Below, one piece after another: positions 27,475-38,801 of a stretch of 64,000 bases of DNA; the first letter of the stretch is position 1; every line of letters begins with the position of its first letter. The stretch is from positions 19,007 through 83,006 of the forward strand of contig CALWPG010000002.1 of assembly GCA_944383375.1 (NCBI GenBank), read 5' to 3'. The stretch is from an uncultured Clostridia bacterium. Its GTDB lineage: Bacteria; Bacillota; Clostridia; Christensenellales; UBA1242. The translations under genes and the position numbers were made by a program. Under the pieces are notes generated by a model. That model was given only the letters and a program-made list of their open reading frames with translations. It searched no databases and was not told where the DNA came from.

Positions 27475-30400
27475 ATGAAATTTACAACATTTTTAAAAGT
27501 TTTTGCGATATCACTTGCCGTGTTTGTTGGCGCAACCGGAATTGGCATTGGAATATTGGCAATAGCTGGTTTTTTCAATAAGCCAATTGTTCAACCAGAA
27601 AATATGGTTTTTGACCAAAGCGAATACAATGTTGATGGCGATTTCCAAATTACCATTTCCACACAAACAGAAGATGTTACACAAACCACTTTGACTCTTT
27701 CTTTGCCTTACAGCACAAACACCCAAGTTAGAGATGGAAGAATTAGTGATGGAGTAATCTCAATTCCACAAACGGCAACATTAAACCAACCATTCGATGT
27801 AATAGTCATCAGAAACACAAACGACCAAGAATGTGATGGATTATCCTGGATAGCTGGGGGACATTCCACCATAAGAGCTACTTCTGAAAATCTACAAATA
27901 AATTCTATAGAAGCCAATGTTAATGTCGATGTTCCAGTTTATAGAACTGAACTACAAACCAAAGTCAGTGTGCAAGATGAAGATAGTGATATATTTGCAG
28001 TTGGATCAACAATTGAAGCAAGTTTAAAATTTTATCCAGCGCGCAGCGCTTATAGGTATAGTCAAGATGGATCAAACGGTGGTGGAATTGTTTATAAAAA
28101 TACATATTTCATGCCGGCTTCTGCAAATGACGAAAATATAACCCAGATAAATAATTCAAATAGATTTACTGCTAATAATGTCTCAAGTGGCAGTACACTT
28201 GTGGGCTATGTATTTACAACTGCCAGAATTGAAGAGAGAATTTTGCTAAGATATGCGGACCTTGAAGAAAATGCTAGATATCAAGAGATTTTAAGAGAGC
28301 TTGAACAATTATCACAGGATAGTCCTTCTTCAACAAAACAGGCTCATAGAGCAAGTAAATCTGTGGATATTGTTGAAGTTGAAGTGGATAGTATGCAAGT
28401 TAATGGTTTTATGACCAATGCCAACATAGATACTGAATTTACTCTTTATGCAAACAAAACTATAACCAGCAATGCAACTCAGGCAAATTTGGGTATTAGG
28501 TTATTTTCAAGTCTAGACGACTCCATATCGCTTCAAAATGAGCTTAAAAATGTGGGAATAACATTTTTGTATAGGGTTTCAGGTGTGTACTATGATGCAG
28601 TAAACAATCCAAACAGTCTTTACAATGTCATCACCATTCCAGAGTATGGATACAGTCAAACCAGACAGATCACTGTAGATGGAGTTGATTATACATATTA
28701 TTTTCCAATAATTACTGAAAGTGTTGATGATTACTTTTGGCAATTTTCAGCAAACTCCTTCGTGGATGCCGACAATCTTTGCATTGAAATAAGGTATTCT
28801 GGCGATCAAGAAGTTGAGCCAATTCGTATCCACTTTTCTACAAATAGAATAAATGAGTCACAGATAACTTGGTCCACCTCTCAGTTGGATTTAACAATAA
28901 TAGATGGCCAAACTCCTGATTTTAGAAGTTTGGATGTTTCGGCATATGCTAATGTTCCAAGTACAAATCTTTATCAAAGCAGAAGATATTTTGTCATATC
29001 ACGACAAGACATCAACATAAGTGATTACATAGTTACAGCCGGTGAGGCCACTGAATATACTTTGGGCTCACAACCATACACACTTTATGAAATAGAAAAT
29101 GGTATCATCCAGCCAAAGACCACTCAATGCTATGGAATGACATTTGAGGTTGTCTTTGTCACAATACAAACTTATTACAATGGAAGTCCAAAATATGATG
29201 ATGGTAAATATATCATTCAAATGTTCAGTCAAACCTCTTTAGGTTCAATTTCCACTCTTGAGGTAAACATTGACAAAACATTGTATGGTCTGACATCAAA
29301 TCTTCAAACGGCACTACCAGAAGAGGAGTTGATTATAAATGGTAATGACATTGCATATGTCCAAAATCAAACTGCACCTTTTGAAATTGTTGTTGGATAC
29401 ACATATCCAAATAACGCAGCGACCGATGTTATGCAAAATGAACAACTCATATTTAGAAATGCCATTGCAAACGATGAAATCAGTATTGTTGCAAAAGTAG
29501 ATGGAGTCACAACAAATCTTATTTACAGCACATCACATACGGAACAGGATGGTGATGTGGCAGGTACCATTGAATATATATTTTCAATGAATATTGCAGA
29601 ACTTGCAAGTGGTTTTAGAAGAGTAAAACTTTATGTGGTTTACCAAAATGACGCACTTGATCAGCCGGTGGAAATACCTATTTCTACATATAATGATAAC
29701 ATTGCTCTTGACTGCATTGAAGTCTATGATGGCGCAGCAGAATTGTTTAAGTTTAACTTAAATAATCATGAAGAATACTTGACTGGTCCTGATAATAGAA
29801 TCAATATTTCAACCGAAATTACTTATAATGATAGCGGAAATGCAAACTATGCAACTGGCATAACAACACGCTATATGCTTGCAAACACTGACATAGCACA
29901 ATATCTGTTCCAGTCACAAGATGGAATTATAGACTATACGAGATTGAGTGTTTTGGTTCAAGATAAATATGGTAAATTACCAATTTCAAGTGAATACACT
30001 TTGGAAAGTTCCGACTCTTCAATCTTAGTAGTCAGCAATCAAACATTCACCTTTAACGGAGAAGGTGATGTTGAAGTTTATCTAAAAGATGCTAATGGTG
30101 ATGTAAAGGATACATTGTACTTTACTATACAAAGAAGTGGAAATGTTTCAAAGGTTGAACATCTTCGTGAAAATGTCGTTGGTGATGTTGCCACAAAGGT
30201 TTCTAATGTCGCTTATGATTATGCTACATCAACATCTTCTTACACTTTCCCACAAATCTCAGTACCATTGATTGGGTATAAAGGTTCAACCATTTATCTA
30301 AATTCAACCAATGCCAACATTGTTAACCTTATCAGTTACACTTATAACTATAATAATGTTGATATATTACTTACAAGATTAATCAGATTTTCTCTTGTAA

Positions 30401-33400
30401 ATTCAGAGGATGAAATCACTTATGGTGATTATGTCAACTTCCATTTAAACAACACAACTGCATATTTGGAATTTGCCAAAGACTTTGGGCAAGCACAAAG
30501 TATTCATATTTTGGCGACAGTTCCAGAACTTGGAATTTCACAAGTCATAGTACTTGACATTTCACCAAATATTGACATTACTTTTGAAGAAATACAAAAC
30601 CAACGAGGCGAGGATTACATAGGTGACCAAATATACATTGGTGCTTATGCCGATTCAGCATATCATGTAAGAATTACACTTAATTATATAATTGGTGGTT
30701 CCACCCAAGATTTTGAACTTGACGATTCAATTTTCTCACTTTATTTGTACAAAGATGGAACTGGACAATTAATGACGTTCAATCAAAATGCAGATAATGG
30801 ATATATTGCAAGCTTTGTTAATTCCAAAAATTCAGAGGATGTAAACACAAATGCAATTTCAAGAGGAGATGCAAATACCTCAAATTATGTTTATGATATT
30901 TACATCGTGTTCAAGTCATTGAGTGAAGGTGACGGATTTAATAGGCTTATTGTTTCGTTAGAGAAAAATCAAAATCATAATTATAGCATAGATAATTCTG
31001 CATCGTTATATTTAAATATAAATCCAAATATTCATTTAAATCAAACCTCAAATGATTTATATTTGAATGTTGCTTATGAAAATCTTGGAAATCATTATGC
31101 TTATGGCGAAGCGTTTCTCTTTAGTCCAACTGATGAGAATTCACCAATTGAAATTGATCGCGTGGTACAAAACAACGATAGTAATATTACAATTTCTGAT
31201 ATCGATTATTCTTTAGTTGAATTTGAAATCACTCGTGGAGAAAGTTCTTTTGAGATTAATAAAGTTGGCACAAATGAATTCTACTTACGTAGTATTTCAA
31301 ACATACACAACAGCTCAAAATTTTCTGCGAACGTTACATACAATGGTGTTGTAATAGGTAGTGTTGAATTTGACGTATATCCAAATATAGTTCGCAATGA
31401 TGAAACAAATTTATGGGTAAAATATAAAGGAGAATATTATCTAAAACTTGTCAATGGTGAGCAGTATTCATTTGCAGCAATTGTCAATGCGTTTAGAGTT
31501 AATAAGGTAAATCCAGATGACTCCTCAATTTCTGTTAGCTTTGAAATGGTAGGGTCACAGTATTTAACCATTGATGATAACAACAGTTTAATAACAATAC
31601 AAAACGTAATCAATAACATAGTTATTGCCGACCAGGGTACTTTGAGATTAAGTAACGGCGACAGCATAAGTTTTAACGTGATTTTATTGCCATTTGATGT
31701 TCCATTTGTTTTGTATCCTAATGTAGATGTTTCCTCCTATGACCTTTATGACTTGCTTGATGCTCAATACCTTATTGCCAACAACATGTACTTTACTCTT
31801 GAAGGTGCAGGAAATGATGAGGGTACCGATATCTTGTTCACTTTAGATCAAGAAAACGATGAAAATACATATGGAATTAAATACGTAAGCGGCATGATTT
31901 TATCTGTTAGAAATGTAAATACACAAGATAACAACATCTACGCATATTTCGATATGAATGGTGCTAAACCAATACTAAAAACTGAAGCCGTAGGTCAAGA
32001 TACATTCGTTATTGTTGAAGCAAGACTTAGTATGGCAAGCAACAGTTTGGTAATCCCATATCTTATAATGATTAAGGCTGAACTGAGCCTCAGAACATAT
32101 TACCCATATGTTGAAGGTCATTCTCAAAATGGAAATATCTCAGGAAATGATCTAATTACAAGTCTTGAAAATGTATCATTTGATATGGAATATCTTAATT
32201 TTGATCAAGACGGCAAAGCTCAACTTGACCTATTTGCAAGATTTGATAACATTTTACTACCAAATTATTCTAATTCAAGCAGATTTGTCATTGGAAAACT
32301 TAATAGTGAAGGTGTATTTGAACCAAATGATAACAGTGATTTAACTTTGTCATCCAGCATAGTGGTCACTATTTCCGAACTTTGGTATTATTACTATGGT
32401 TGGAAAAATGCTCAAAATGTACAAAACTATGCAACTATTACTTCAAATATCAATGGAAATGGCTTGCTTACGGTCAATAAGAATGGTGCAAGTTATTTGC
32501 GTATAAAATTGACATTGACTACTAGAAGTGGACTTATTGCGTATTATTATGTAAGTGTTGGCGAAATTCCAGCATTCACTTTGACTCAAAGACAAGCAGA
32601 CGATACTTTCTCGACGCAAATTACAAATATCTCTTTTAAAGCAGGAACTGAATTTGGCTTGGCTGGAAGATATCGTTTATCCTCTCCACTAGGCCAGTCA
32701 TCGGGTGTAACAGATGTGACTAATTTACTCAAATTTTATTCTCCTGCAGAACTTGACGACGTGCATGTTCTCTTTATAAATGACCAAACCCAAACATTAG
32801 AGGCACAATCTTCAACTGAAAATTGGTCAACAGATCTTGTACTTTACACAAAATATGGACCACTAGTTTCAATAACAGTAGACATTTTGTCAAATTACAA
32901 TATTGGACTCGTTGAAGGACAAAATGTAGTCACATATAATTCATCTGGATACTATGAAGTTCTTTCTGGAAATGTCATTGATGTATTGTCAACATTCAAA
33001 ATAAACAAAGATGATGAGCCAGCGTTTGAGCCTTTAAATATAGATGTGGAAATCACACTCGATGATGACATCGACTCAACAAAATTGTATTTAGGTGGAG
33101 AGAATAATCAATCCATATTCATTGGTCTATTTACTCAAACCACGATGACAACAATCAACATAAGGTTCAATTTCCAAGACGAAGGGAATGACGCAGTTTA
33201 TAATTTTACTTTAAATTTAAACATCATAAGCGCACTAACTGTTGCCCAATTAGCTGGACAGAGCATCAGCCAAAATAATAAGTTGCCTGTTGGTGGAATT
33301 GTTGCTGGACAAAATGGACAGGAAATTGATGTGTTGATTTCATCAATTGAAGATGGATTATTTAACTTCAATTCACACAATGGCATAACATTTGATTCGT

Positions 33401-36400
33401 GGTACAAAAATGTCCTAGGTAGGGGACTGGGAGAATTAAGAGTTGAACTTTTATCACAAAATGTCTATGGAAGTTTTTCTGGTGATATAATTAATAATGG
33501 CACTGATGATGCTCCAAACTATGTTATAGGTTTAAACATAAGCGAAGTGGCGACTTCCACGGATTTATCATTTAGAGTTTCATTCTATTCCAGTGGTGGA
33601 GATATGATACTTTCATCATACTTCATGTTAAGTGTGGAGCCAAACTTTAGGGTTGTAACAAATTATCCAAGCCCTAATGACATCACTGCTGTAGTGGCAG
33701 AATCGTACTATTGGGTAGCTGGGGAAAATAATACCATCAACCTCCAAGAGGCACATGAACTCGCCAACCAATTAAGAGTTCAGGTATTGAGCTTGGATGG
33801 CAGCGAATCCACGCAACACGCAACCAACATAAATGTGTATCCATCTACCGGCAGTGAGTTTATAACTGTGGGAGGACAGCCATTTACACAGGGTCAACCA
33901 CTTGATACCACTTTTGAAATTAATAATATTGAAGAAACATTCACAACCATTGTCTTTGAATTGAGATATGTAAATGGATCAGTGAGTATACCTATTGGAG
34001 TATATAATCTCATTATTCTTCAAAGCGATATTTACTCTATGTCGGGCTATAATTACAACACCACATCAAATCAAAATAGTTTAAACAACAGAGAAAATAT
34101 ATATATCGGTGATAATGATAACATACTAAACACCATTACTGCATCGTTTATTGTCCCAACAGACTTAAATCTTGAAGTTGATAAATATCTTGAAATAACT
34201 CAAATAAATGGGGTGCAAGTTCAAGCTAGCATGGTCACCTTGCAACAAGGAATGCAGGGCACCACGCAGAGTGTCCGAGTACTGCTTTTGGGAGATTTAT
34301 CGAACTTTGGTCGAGCTGAATTTAATGTCCAATTTAGCATCTACGAGTTAAACACGAGTGGAGAATACATCCCTTCCAATCTTTATGACGAAGATGGAAA
34401 TATTTTACCAAGTAGTGAAATATCATTTACATTCCAATCAAGAATCAGAGTGATGTATAGGGCAGTGACATCTTTAAGTGATACACAGCCACAATTTAGT
34501 GATGCCCAAGTTGAATTCTTTAAACAATATTCATTGATCGACATAAACGCAAGTAATTTAGTAGTAGGCCAAATTCAAAACGAGGGAGAAATTGATCAAC
34601 CTATCAGTTTACAGAACGGCCGTGAAATAGGAACGTATTACGTCAATTACGACTTTGATATACAATTTGATCAAACTACGATAGAATTAACGACTGGACA
34701 AAACACTAATGTTCTCTACACCACGTCACAAGCTGCAAACTTCAGATCTGTCATCAACATGAAAAGGGCATCAAACGGTAGCTATTACACACAAAGCGAT
34801 TTCTCTAATGGTGGCTTACAACTACGCATTGATAGTGCCGACGTTACGAATATCCCAACAGATTTTACATATGGTTCAGATGCATATAATGATTTCATGA
34901 GTGGATCGGCATCTAGATTATCATATTTAACATTCACACCTTTCATGAGTGAAGATGGTACTATTTACGATTATAATTTCATGGCTCAAGGTTCACCAAA
35001 GGAAACAAGGGTTACCGTAACCATTCCACTTACCATTGTATTTGGTGCAATAGAAAAGGAATACACATTAACCTTTATTGTTAAACACGACTATAATGAG
35101 AGTACATTGACGCTAAGAAATGCAGATAATTCTATAAATTCTCAGACCTCTAGAAATAGGATACAAAGCTTTGATTCATTTATCACATTTGCTACTTGGG
35201 GAAGCACTTCTCCATTTGACAATTTCATATTTATCGAGCACACAAATGAAAGTCAAAATGAACCTGGCAATATAGCTTCATTATTCAACGTAACGTATGA
35301 ACAAAATGGTAGTTATGTTGAGAAGTTGCCTCAGTCAAGTTCGAATTATAACCTATCATTTAAGTTTACCGATGTAATGTTTAATGACATAAATATCGAT
35401 ATAAAACTAACAGATGACTATGGTTACAGTGTGATGTACTATGTGACAATAGTAGCAAGGTACAATATTAACTATACATTATCAAATATCAATGTGTTTG
35501 AAGATGATAGTGTTGCGGTTTTTGGTGGAAACAATATTTCTAATTCGCCATACAATCAAACTATTCCAATAACTTTCCAAAAAAGAAATAGTGCTTACAA
35601 CGACATCACAATAGGTGACCTTGGCGAATGGTCAGCTCAATTTGTTGCCAACTACAATTATGACATAAATGAAGACGGCTACATTAATGATGCCGACAGC
35701 TATAATGTTGATTATTCCTTGATTTCACAAGGAAACTATAGGTACTTCATCACAGAATTCGCACAGGCCAAGTACTTTACTCAAACGGGCATGATAAGTG
35801 GAACTTTAAAGTTAAAATCCACGTATTCTGATTCAAATGGTACTCAATATGATATTTCATTTGAAATACCTATGAATGTTCGCGAAAGATACTCATTGCA
35901 AGCATCTAGTACACCTTATGTTCGTGATGGTGTTGCATTCAGTTTATTGGATGTTGTTGATGTTGTGGACAATAGCAAAAATTATACAGTTGCACAAAGG
36001 GAATTGACTGATTCTTACACGATTTATTTTGATTATTCCATACTCGATGAAAGTCTTTCTGAAATTCAAGCTGACCTATCCTCATTCGTTACACTCGGAA
36101 TTCGTGCTTACAACACACAAAACCAAGGTTACGTAGATATGTCATTGGCTAACGTAGAAAGACAGCAATATGTATCACTCACTGAGTTGTTTGGCATTGA
36201 TGACATACAAAACTATGAGTTTACATGGATATGCTACTACACTGAATATAATTTTGAAGGTGACGAAGTCATATCATCTGAAGCAAAAAGAGAAACTTTT
36301 ACTTATACAAATAATGGCAATTCCGTTCCATATGTAATTTCTCTTGAAAATTCTGACGGTTATCAGCTGTCATCGAATGCAATCACATTCAAAACTTCAG

Positions 36401-38772
36401 ATAACAAGACTTATCAAATAAAAATTGACTCTTCATACATAATTGAAGATCAAACATTTACAATAGGACTAAGAGAACTTGACAATGACCAACGCATATC
36501 TGTTTGGTTTGTAGACACAGAAGATAGCGCCAATACAAAAGTGCTCAATGTAGTTTCAAATACCAATTCACAAGTGACATATTCATTGAGAGAACAAGGT
36601 ATTACCTCAGTTAGCGAAAAAGTTTCGCTATATACAAGTCAAGATAAGACCATTGTAAACGGACTTTCAAATTCTGACATTGCTAAACTTAAAGGCATTA
36701 GTTTTGAGAGTGTAAGTGGTGGAGACACAATTGAGTCAAATTATCAACTTACAAAATACATTGAGCCAAACCCAGATGGTACTGTAACCTTCAAGACAAG
36801 TAACGATGGACTTAATGTTGAATATGTTGATGGTGAAATAAACATTAAAGTTAACTATGCGATTGTTGACGGCGAGCCAAAGAAGACCGAGGACAATTTC
36901 AGGGATGACATTTGGATTACACCAAAATTCATTTCTGTTGATTCAACACTAGCATATGGCTCAGGAGTTACTAAAAATGTGCTATTGCCAGACGGGGTGG
37001 GAATAGGTTCTCCAATTTCATTGTCCACTTGGGCGGGGACAACCTACAGACAATTTGAATTGATTTCTGGATACACTTCAGCTACATCATTTGTTGACAG
37101 TGATGACTCAACATTCAGTGCAAATGTCGATGATCTATACTTTGCTATAAACACCTTGCAGTCTCAAGAAGGTGCTAGTTACGCAAGCATAGATTCTCAA
37201 TCAGGAGCAATTACACTTAGTGATGAATTTAACTATCAATATCACTACTTAATAATTGACGTATTTGTTAAATATGGAGAAGATCAATCACGCACGAAAC
37301 AAATTGGAAGTGTGAGAATTCAATTTACGCCTTCTTCGTCCACCAGTTTTACAGTAAGTGCTCCGGTTAAACAGTTGCCATATACATCTAGTGACAACAG
37401 TGTGACAATAAAATCAATTGACATATTGCAAATGTTAAGAGTGAGTGACAACATTTCAAACACATATCAAGGTACGGATATTTTAGATGTATTTCCAAGT
37501 ATAACTGTACTATTTTACTCAAGTCGCACGGGAAATAGTGAGGATGGCTATATATACACCCCTATTAGCTCAGAAATTTCACCGGAAACTACTGAAGATG
37601 TGACATTCACTATGTCAACCATTCAACCCGTAAATCTAAGGGTGAGACTTACCAGTGATGGAGAAGATAAAGTCATTGAAGACATAGAATTAGTTAATGA
37701 TAAATACACGGCGAATAGTCTCGCAAGCAGCAGTGCATATTCATACTTAGACGTTTCAAATGCTGGCGAGAGTGCCATATTTGCTGCAATTTACGACAAA
37801 ATTCGTGTACGAAATATATATGGCAATCTTGACAATGCAGATACAGTATTTGACATTGAAGGGAATTACGATTACAACGATTTGAAAGATAGTGGAAAAA
37901 TCACACACTTAGCTGAGACTAAAAGTTCTCTTGTTACAACTCACACTTTCACATTGGGAGATAACTTAAATTCTGATGGTATTGTCTATGGAAAAATAAG
38001 TGTTGATGTCTACACAGAGCCCAATGAAATAACTGATAATCTTAAATTAGAAATGACTGTGGGGGATAGTCAATCTGATTTGTTTAGAAATGAACTCTTT
38101 TGTTATGAAAGTTTTCCAGTTCATGGTTACATGACAAAATCGACCCCTGGCACAGATGGAGCCGACCCTCTAACAGAGTATTATTTAAGACTGCCAATAG
38201 ATAGTGGCAATGAGATAGCAGTAGCCAACGCTATTAGTAATAATTACTTTGATATCTATCAAAATGGATCTTTGCTTGAAAATGCGCAGTCAAATGCATT
38301 TACTCTTGCTTTGGAAGCTGGAAATCATATATTGTTTACATTCAATGCAGCAACTGGCGAAACTGTACCAAATTTGAGTGGGTATGACAATGATATGTTT
38401 GTTTTGGTATTTAAAGATTCAAATGAAAGTACCGCAAATATTGTGTACAGCACTGCATTTGTGTTTAAAAATCAATCAGAAGAAACAGATAGTAGAATCT
38501 CCGAATTTGAAAACATTTTCCAATTACTTTCATACATGTATGGATTGGATCAAAGCAGCCTTTATGTCAGACTTACTGATGAAACAAACAGTGTAGTTTT
38601 GAGGACTGAGAATGGAAACTATAGTTTGTTCGCTATAAAACAAGGTGCTCTTATATCCGTGAAATTAGAGATATATATTTCTATAACCGATGTTAATTCT
38701 GGCGTTGAGGATATAGTTTTATACTCCAATGATATATCAATTACAATAAGCCAACCACAAATACAAGGATAA
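27475..38772 (+). CDS. Giant (3765 aa) N-terminally membrane-anchored extracellular protein, family not recognised
   Basis: I prefer the ATG at 27475 (GGAG at 27464-27467) over the TTG at 27418 in the track. N-terminus MKFTTFLKVFAISLAVFVGATGIGIGILAIAGFF is a signal-anchor. The rest is a continuous N/T/S/Y/D-rich, very Cys-poor ORF with beta-sandwich-like boundaries (for example VNVDVPVYRTEL). It has no reiterated GLUG blocks and no LPXTG or other recognisable C-terminal anchor. Confidence 0.85.
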   Translation: MKFTTFLKVFAISLAVFVGATGIGIGILAIAGFFNKPIVQPENMVFDQSEYNVDGDFQITISTQTEDVTQTTLTLSLPYSTNTQVRDGRISDGVISIPQTATLNQPFDVIVIRNTNDQECDGLSWIAGGHSTIRATSENLQINSIEANVNVDVPVYRTELQTKVSVQDEDSDIFAVGSTIEASLKFYPARSAYRYSQDGSNGGGIVYKNTYFMPASANDENITQINNSNRFTANNVSSGSTLVGYVFTTARIEERILLRYADLEENARYQEILRELEQLSQDSPSSTKQAHRASKSVDIVEVEVDSMQVNGFMTNANIDTEFTLYANKTITSNATQANLGIRLFSSLDDSISLQNELKNVGITFLYRVSGVYYDAVNNPNSLYNVITIPEYGYSQTRQITVDGVDYTYYFPIITESVDDYFWQFSANSFVDADNLCIEIRYSGDQEVEPIRIHFSTNRINESQITWSTSQLDLTIIDGQTPDFRSLDVSAYANVPSTNLYQSRRYFVISRQDINISDYIVTAGEATEYTLGSQPYTLYEIENGIIQPKTTQCYGMTFEVVFVTIQTYYNGSPKYDDGKYIIQMFSQTSLGSISTLEVNIDKTLYGLTSNLQTALPEEELIINGNDIAYVQNQTAPFEIVVGYTYPNNAATDVMQNEQLIFRNAIANDEISIVAKVDGVTTNLIYSTSHTEQDGDVAGTIEYIFSMNIAELASGFRRVKLYVVYQNDALDQPVEIPISTYNDNIALDCIEVYDGAAELFKFNLNNHEEYLTGPDNRINISTEITYNDSGNANYATGITTRYMLANTDIAQYLFQSQDGIIDYTRLSVLVQDKYGKLPISSEYTLESSDSSILVVSNQTFTFNGEGDVEVYLKDANGDVKDTLYFTIQRSGNVSKVEHLRENVVGDVATKVSNVAYDYATSTSSYTFPQISVPLIGYKGSTIYLNSTNANIVNLISYTYNYNNVDILLTRLIRFSLVNSEDEITYGDYVNFHLNNTTAYLEFAKDFGQAQSIHILATVPELGISQVIVLDISPNIDITFEEIQNQRGEDYIGDQIYIGAYADSAYHVRITLNYIIGGSTQDFELDDSIFSLYLYKDGTGQLMTFNQNADNGYIASFVNSKNSEDVNTNAISRGDANTSNYVYDIYIVFKSLSEGDGFNRLIVSLEKNQNHNYSIDNSASLYLNINPNIHLNQTSNDLYLNVAYENLGNHYAYGEAFLFSPTDENSPIEIDRVVQNNDSNITISDIDYSLVEFEITRGESSFEINKVGTNEFYLRSISNIHNSSKFSANVTYNGVVIGSVEFDVYPNIVRNDETNLWVKYKGEYYLKLVNGEQYSFAAIVNAFRVNKVNPDDSSISVSFEMVGSQYLTIDDNNSLITIQNVINNIVIADQGTLRLSNGDSISFNVILLPFDVPFVLYPNVDVSSYDLYDLLDAQYLIANNMYFTLEGAGNDEGTDILFTLDQENDENTYGIKYVSGMILSVRNVNTQDNNIYAYFDMNGAKPILKTEAVGQDTFVIVEARLSMASNSLVIPYLIMIKAELSLRTYYPYVEGHSQNGNISGNDLITSLENVSFDMEYLNFDQDGKAQLDLFARFDNILLPNYSNSSRFVIGKLNSEGVFEPNDNSDLTLSSSIVVTISELWYYYYGWKNAQNVQNYATITSNINGNGLLTVNKNGASYLRIKLTLTTRSGLIAYYYVSVGEIPAFTLTQRQADDTFSTQITNISFKAGTEFGLAGRYRLSSPLGQSSGVTDVTNLLKFYSPAELDDVHVLFINDQTQTLEAQSSTENWSTDLVLYTKYGPLVSITVDILSNYNIGLVEGQNVVTYNSSGYYEVLSGNVIDVLSTFKINKDDEPAFEPLNIDVEITLDDDIDSTKLYLGGENNQSIFIGLFTQTTMTTINIRFNFQDEGNDAVYNFTLNLNIISALTVAQLAGQSISQNNKLPVGGIVAGQNGQEIDVLISSIEDGLFNFNSHNGITFDSWYKNVLGRGLGELRVELLSQNVYGSFSGDIINNGTDDAPNYVIGLNISEVATSTDLSFRVSFYSSGGDMILSSYFMLSVEPNFRVVTNYPSPNDITAVVAESYYWVAGENNTINLQEAHELANQLRVQVLSLDGSESTQHATNINVYPSTGSEFITVGGQPFTQGQPLDTTFEINNIEETFTTIVFELRYVNGSVSIPIGVYNLIILQSDIYSMSGYNYNTTSNQNSLNNRENIYIGDNDNILNTITASFIVPTDLNLEVDKYLEITQINGVQVQASMVTLQQGMQGTTQSVRVLLLGDLSNFGRAEFNVQFSIYELNTSGEYIPSNLYDEDGNILPSSEISFTFQSRIRVMYRAVTSLSDTQPQFSDAQVEFFKQYSLIDINASNLVVGQIQNEGEIDQPISLQNGREIGTYYVNYDFDIQFDQTTIELTTGQNTNVLYTTSQAANFRSVINMKRASNGSYYTQSDFSNGGLQLRIDSADVTNIPTDFTYGSDAYNDFMSGSASRLSYLTFTPFMSEDGTIYDYNFMAQGSPKETRVTVTIPLTIVFGAIEKEYTLTFIVKHDYNESTLTLRNADNSINSQTSRNRIQSFDSFITFATWGSTSPFDNFIFIEHTNESQNEPGNIASLFNVTYEQNGSYVEKLPQSSSNYNLSFKFTDVMFNDINIDIKLTDDYGYSVMYYVTIVARYNINYTLSNINVFEDDSVAVFGGNNISNSPYNQTIPITFQKRNSAYNDITIGDLGEWSAQFVANYNYDINEDGYINDADSYNVDYSLISQGNYRYFITEFAQAKYFTQTGMISGTLKLKSTYSDSNGTQYDISFEIPMNVRERYSLQASSTPYVRDGVAFSLLDVVDVVDNSKNYTVAQRELTDSYTIYFDYSILDESLSEIQADLSSFVTLGIRAYNTQNQGYVDMSLANVERQQYVSLTELFGIDDIQNYEFTWICYYTEYNFEGDEVISSEAKRETFTYTNNGNSVPYVISLENSDGYQLSSNAITFKTSDNKTYQIKIDSSYIIEDQTFTIGLRELDNDQRISVWFVDTEDSANTKVLNVVSNTNSQVTYSLREQGITSVSEKVSLYTSQDKTIVNGLSNSDIAKLKGISFESVSGGDTIESNYQLTKYIEPNPDGTVTFKTSNDGLNVEYVDGEINIKVNYAIVDGEPKKTEDNFRDDIWITPKFISVDSTLAYGSGVTKNVLLPDGVGIGSPISLSTWAGTTYRQFELISGYTSATSFVDSDDSTFSANVDDLYFAINTLQSQEGASYASIDSQSGAITLSDEFNYQYHYLIIDVFVKYGEDQSRTKQIGSVRIQFTPSSSTSFTVSAPVKQLPYTSSDNSVTIKSIDILQMLRVSDNISNTYQGTDILDVFPSITVLFYSSRTGNSEDGYIYTPISSEISPETTEDVTFTMSTIQPVNLRVRLTSDGEDKVIEDIELVNDKYTANSLASSSAYSYLDVSNAGESAIFAAIYDKIRVRNIYGNLDNADTVFDIEGNYDYNDLKDSGKITHLAETKSSLVTTHTFTLGDNLNSDGIVYGKISVDVYTEPNEITDNLKLEMTVGDSQSDLFRNELFCYESFPVHGYMTKSTPGTDGADPLTEYYLRLPIDSGNEIAVANAISNNYFDIYQNGSLLENAQSNAFTLALEAGNHILFTFNAATGETVPNLSGYDNDMFVLVFKDSNESTANIVYSTAFVFKNQSEETDSRISEFENIFQLLSYMYGLDQSSLYVRLTDETNSVVLRTENGNYSLFAIKQGALISVKLEIYISITDVNSGVEDIVLYSNDISITISQPQIQG

Positions 38773-38801
38773 AATTTATTAAAATTGCTTAAGGAGAAAA
38801 A

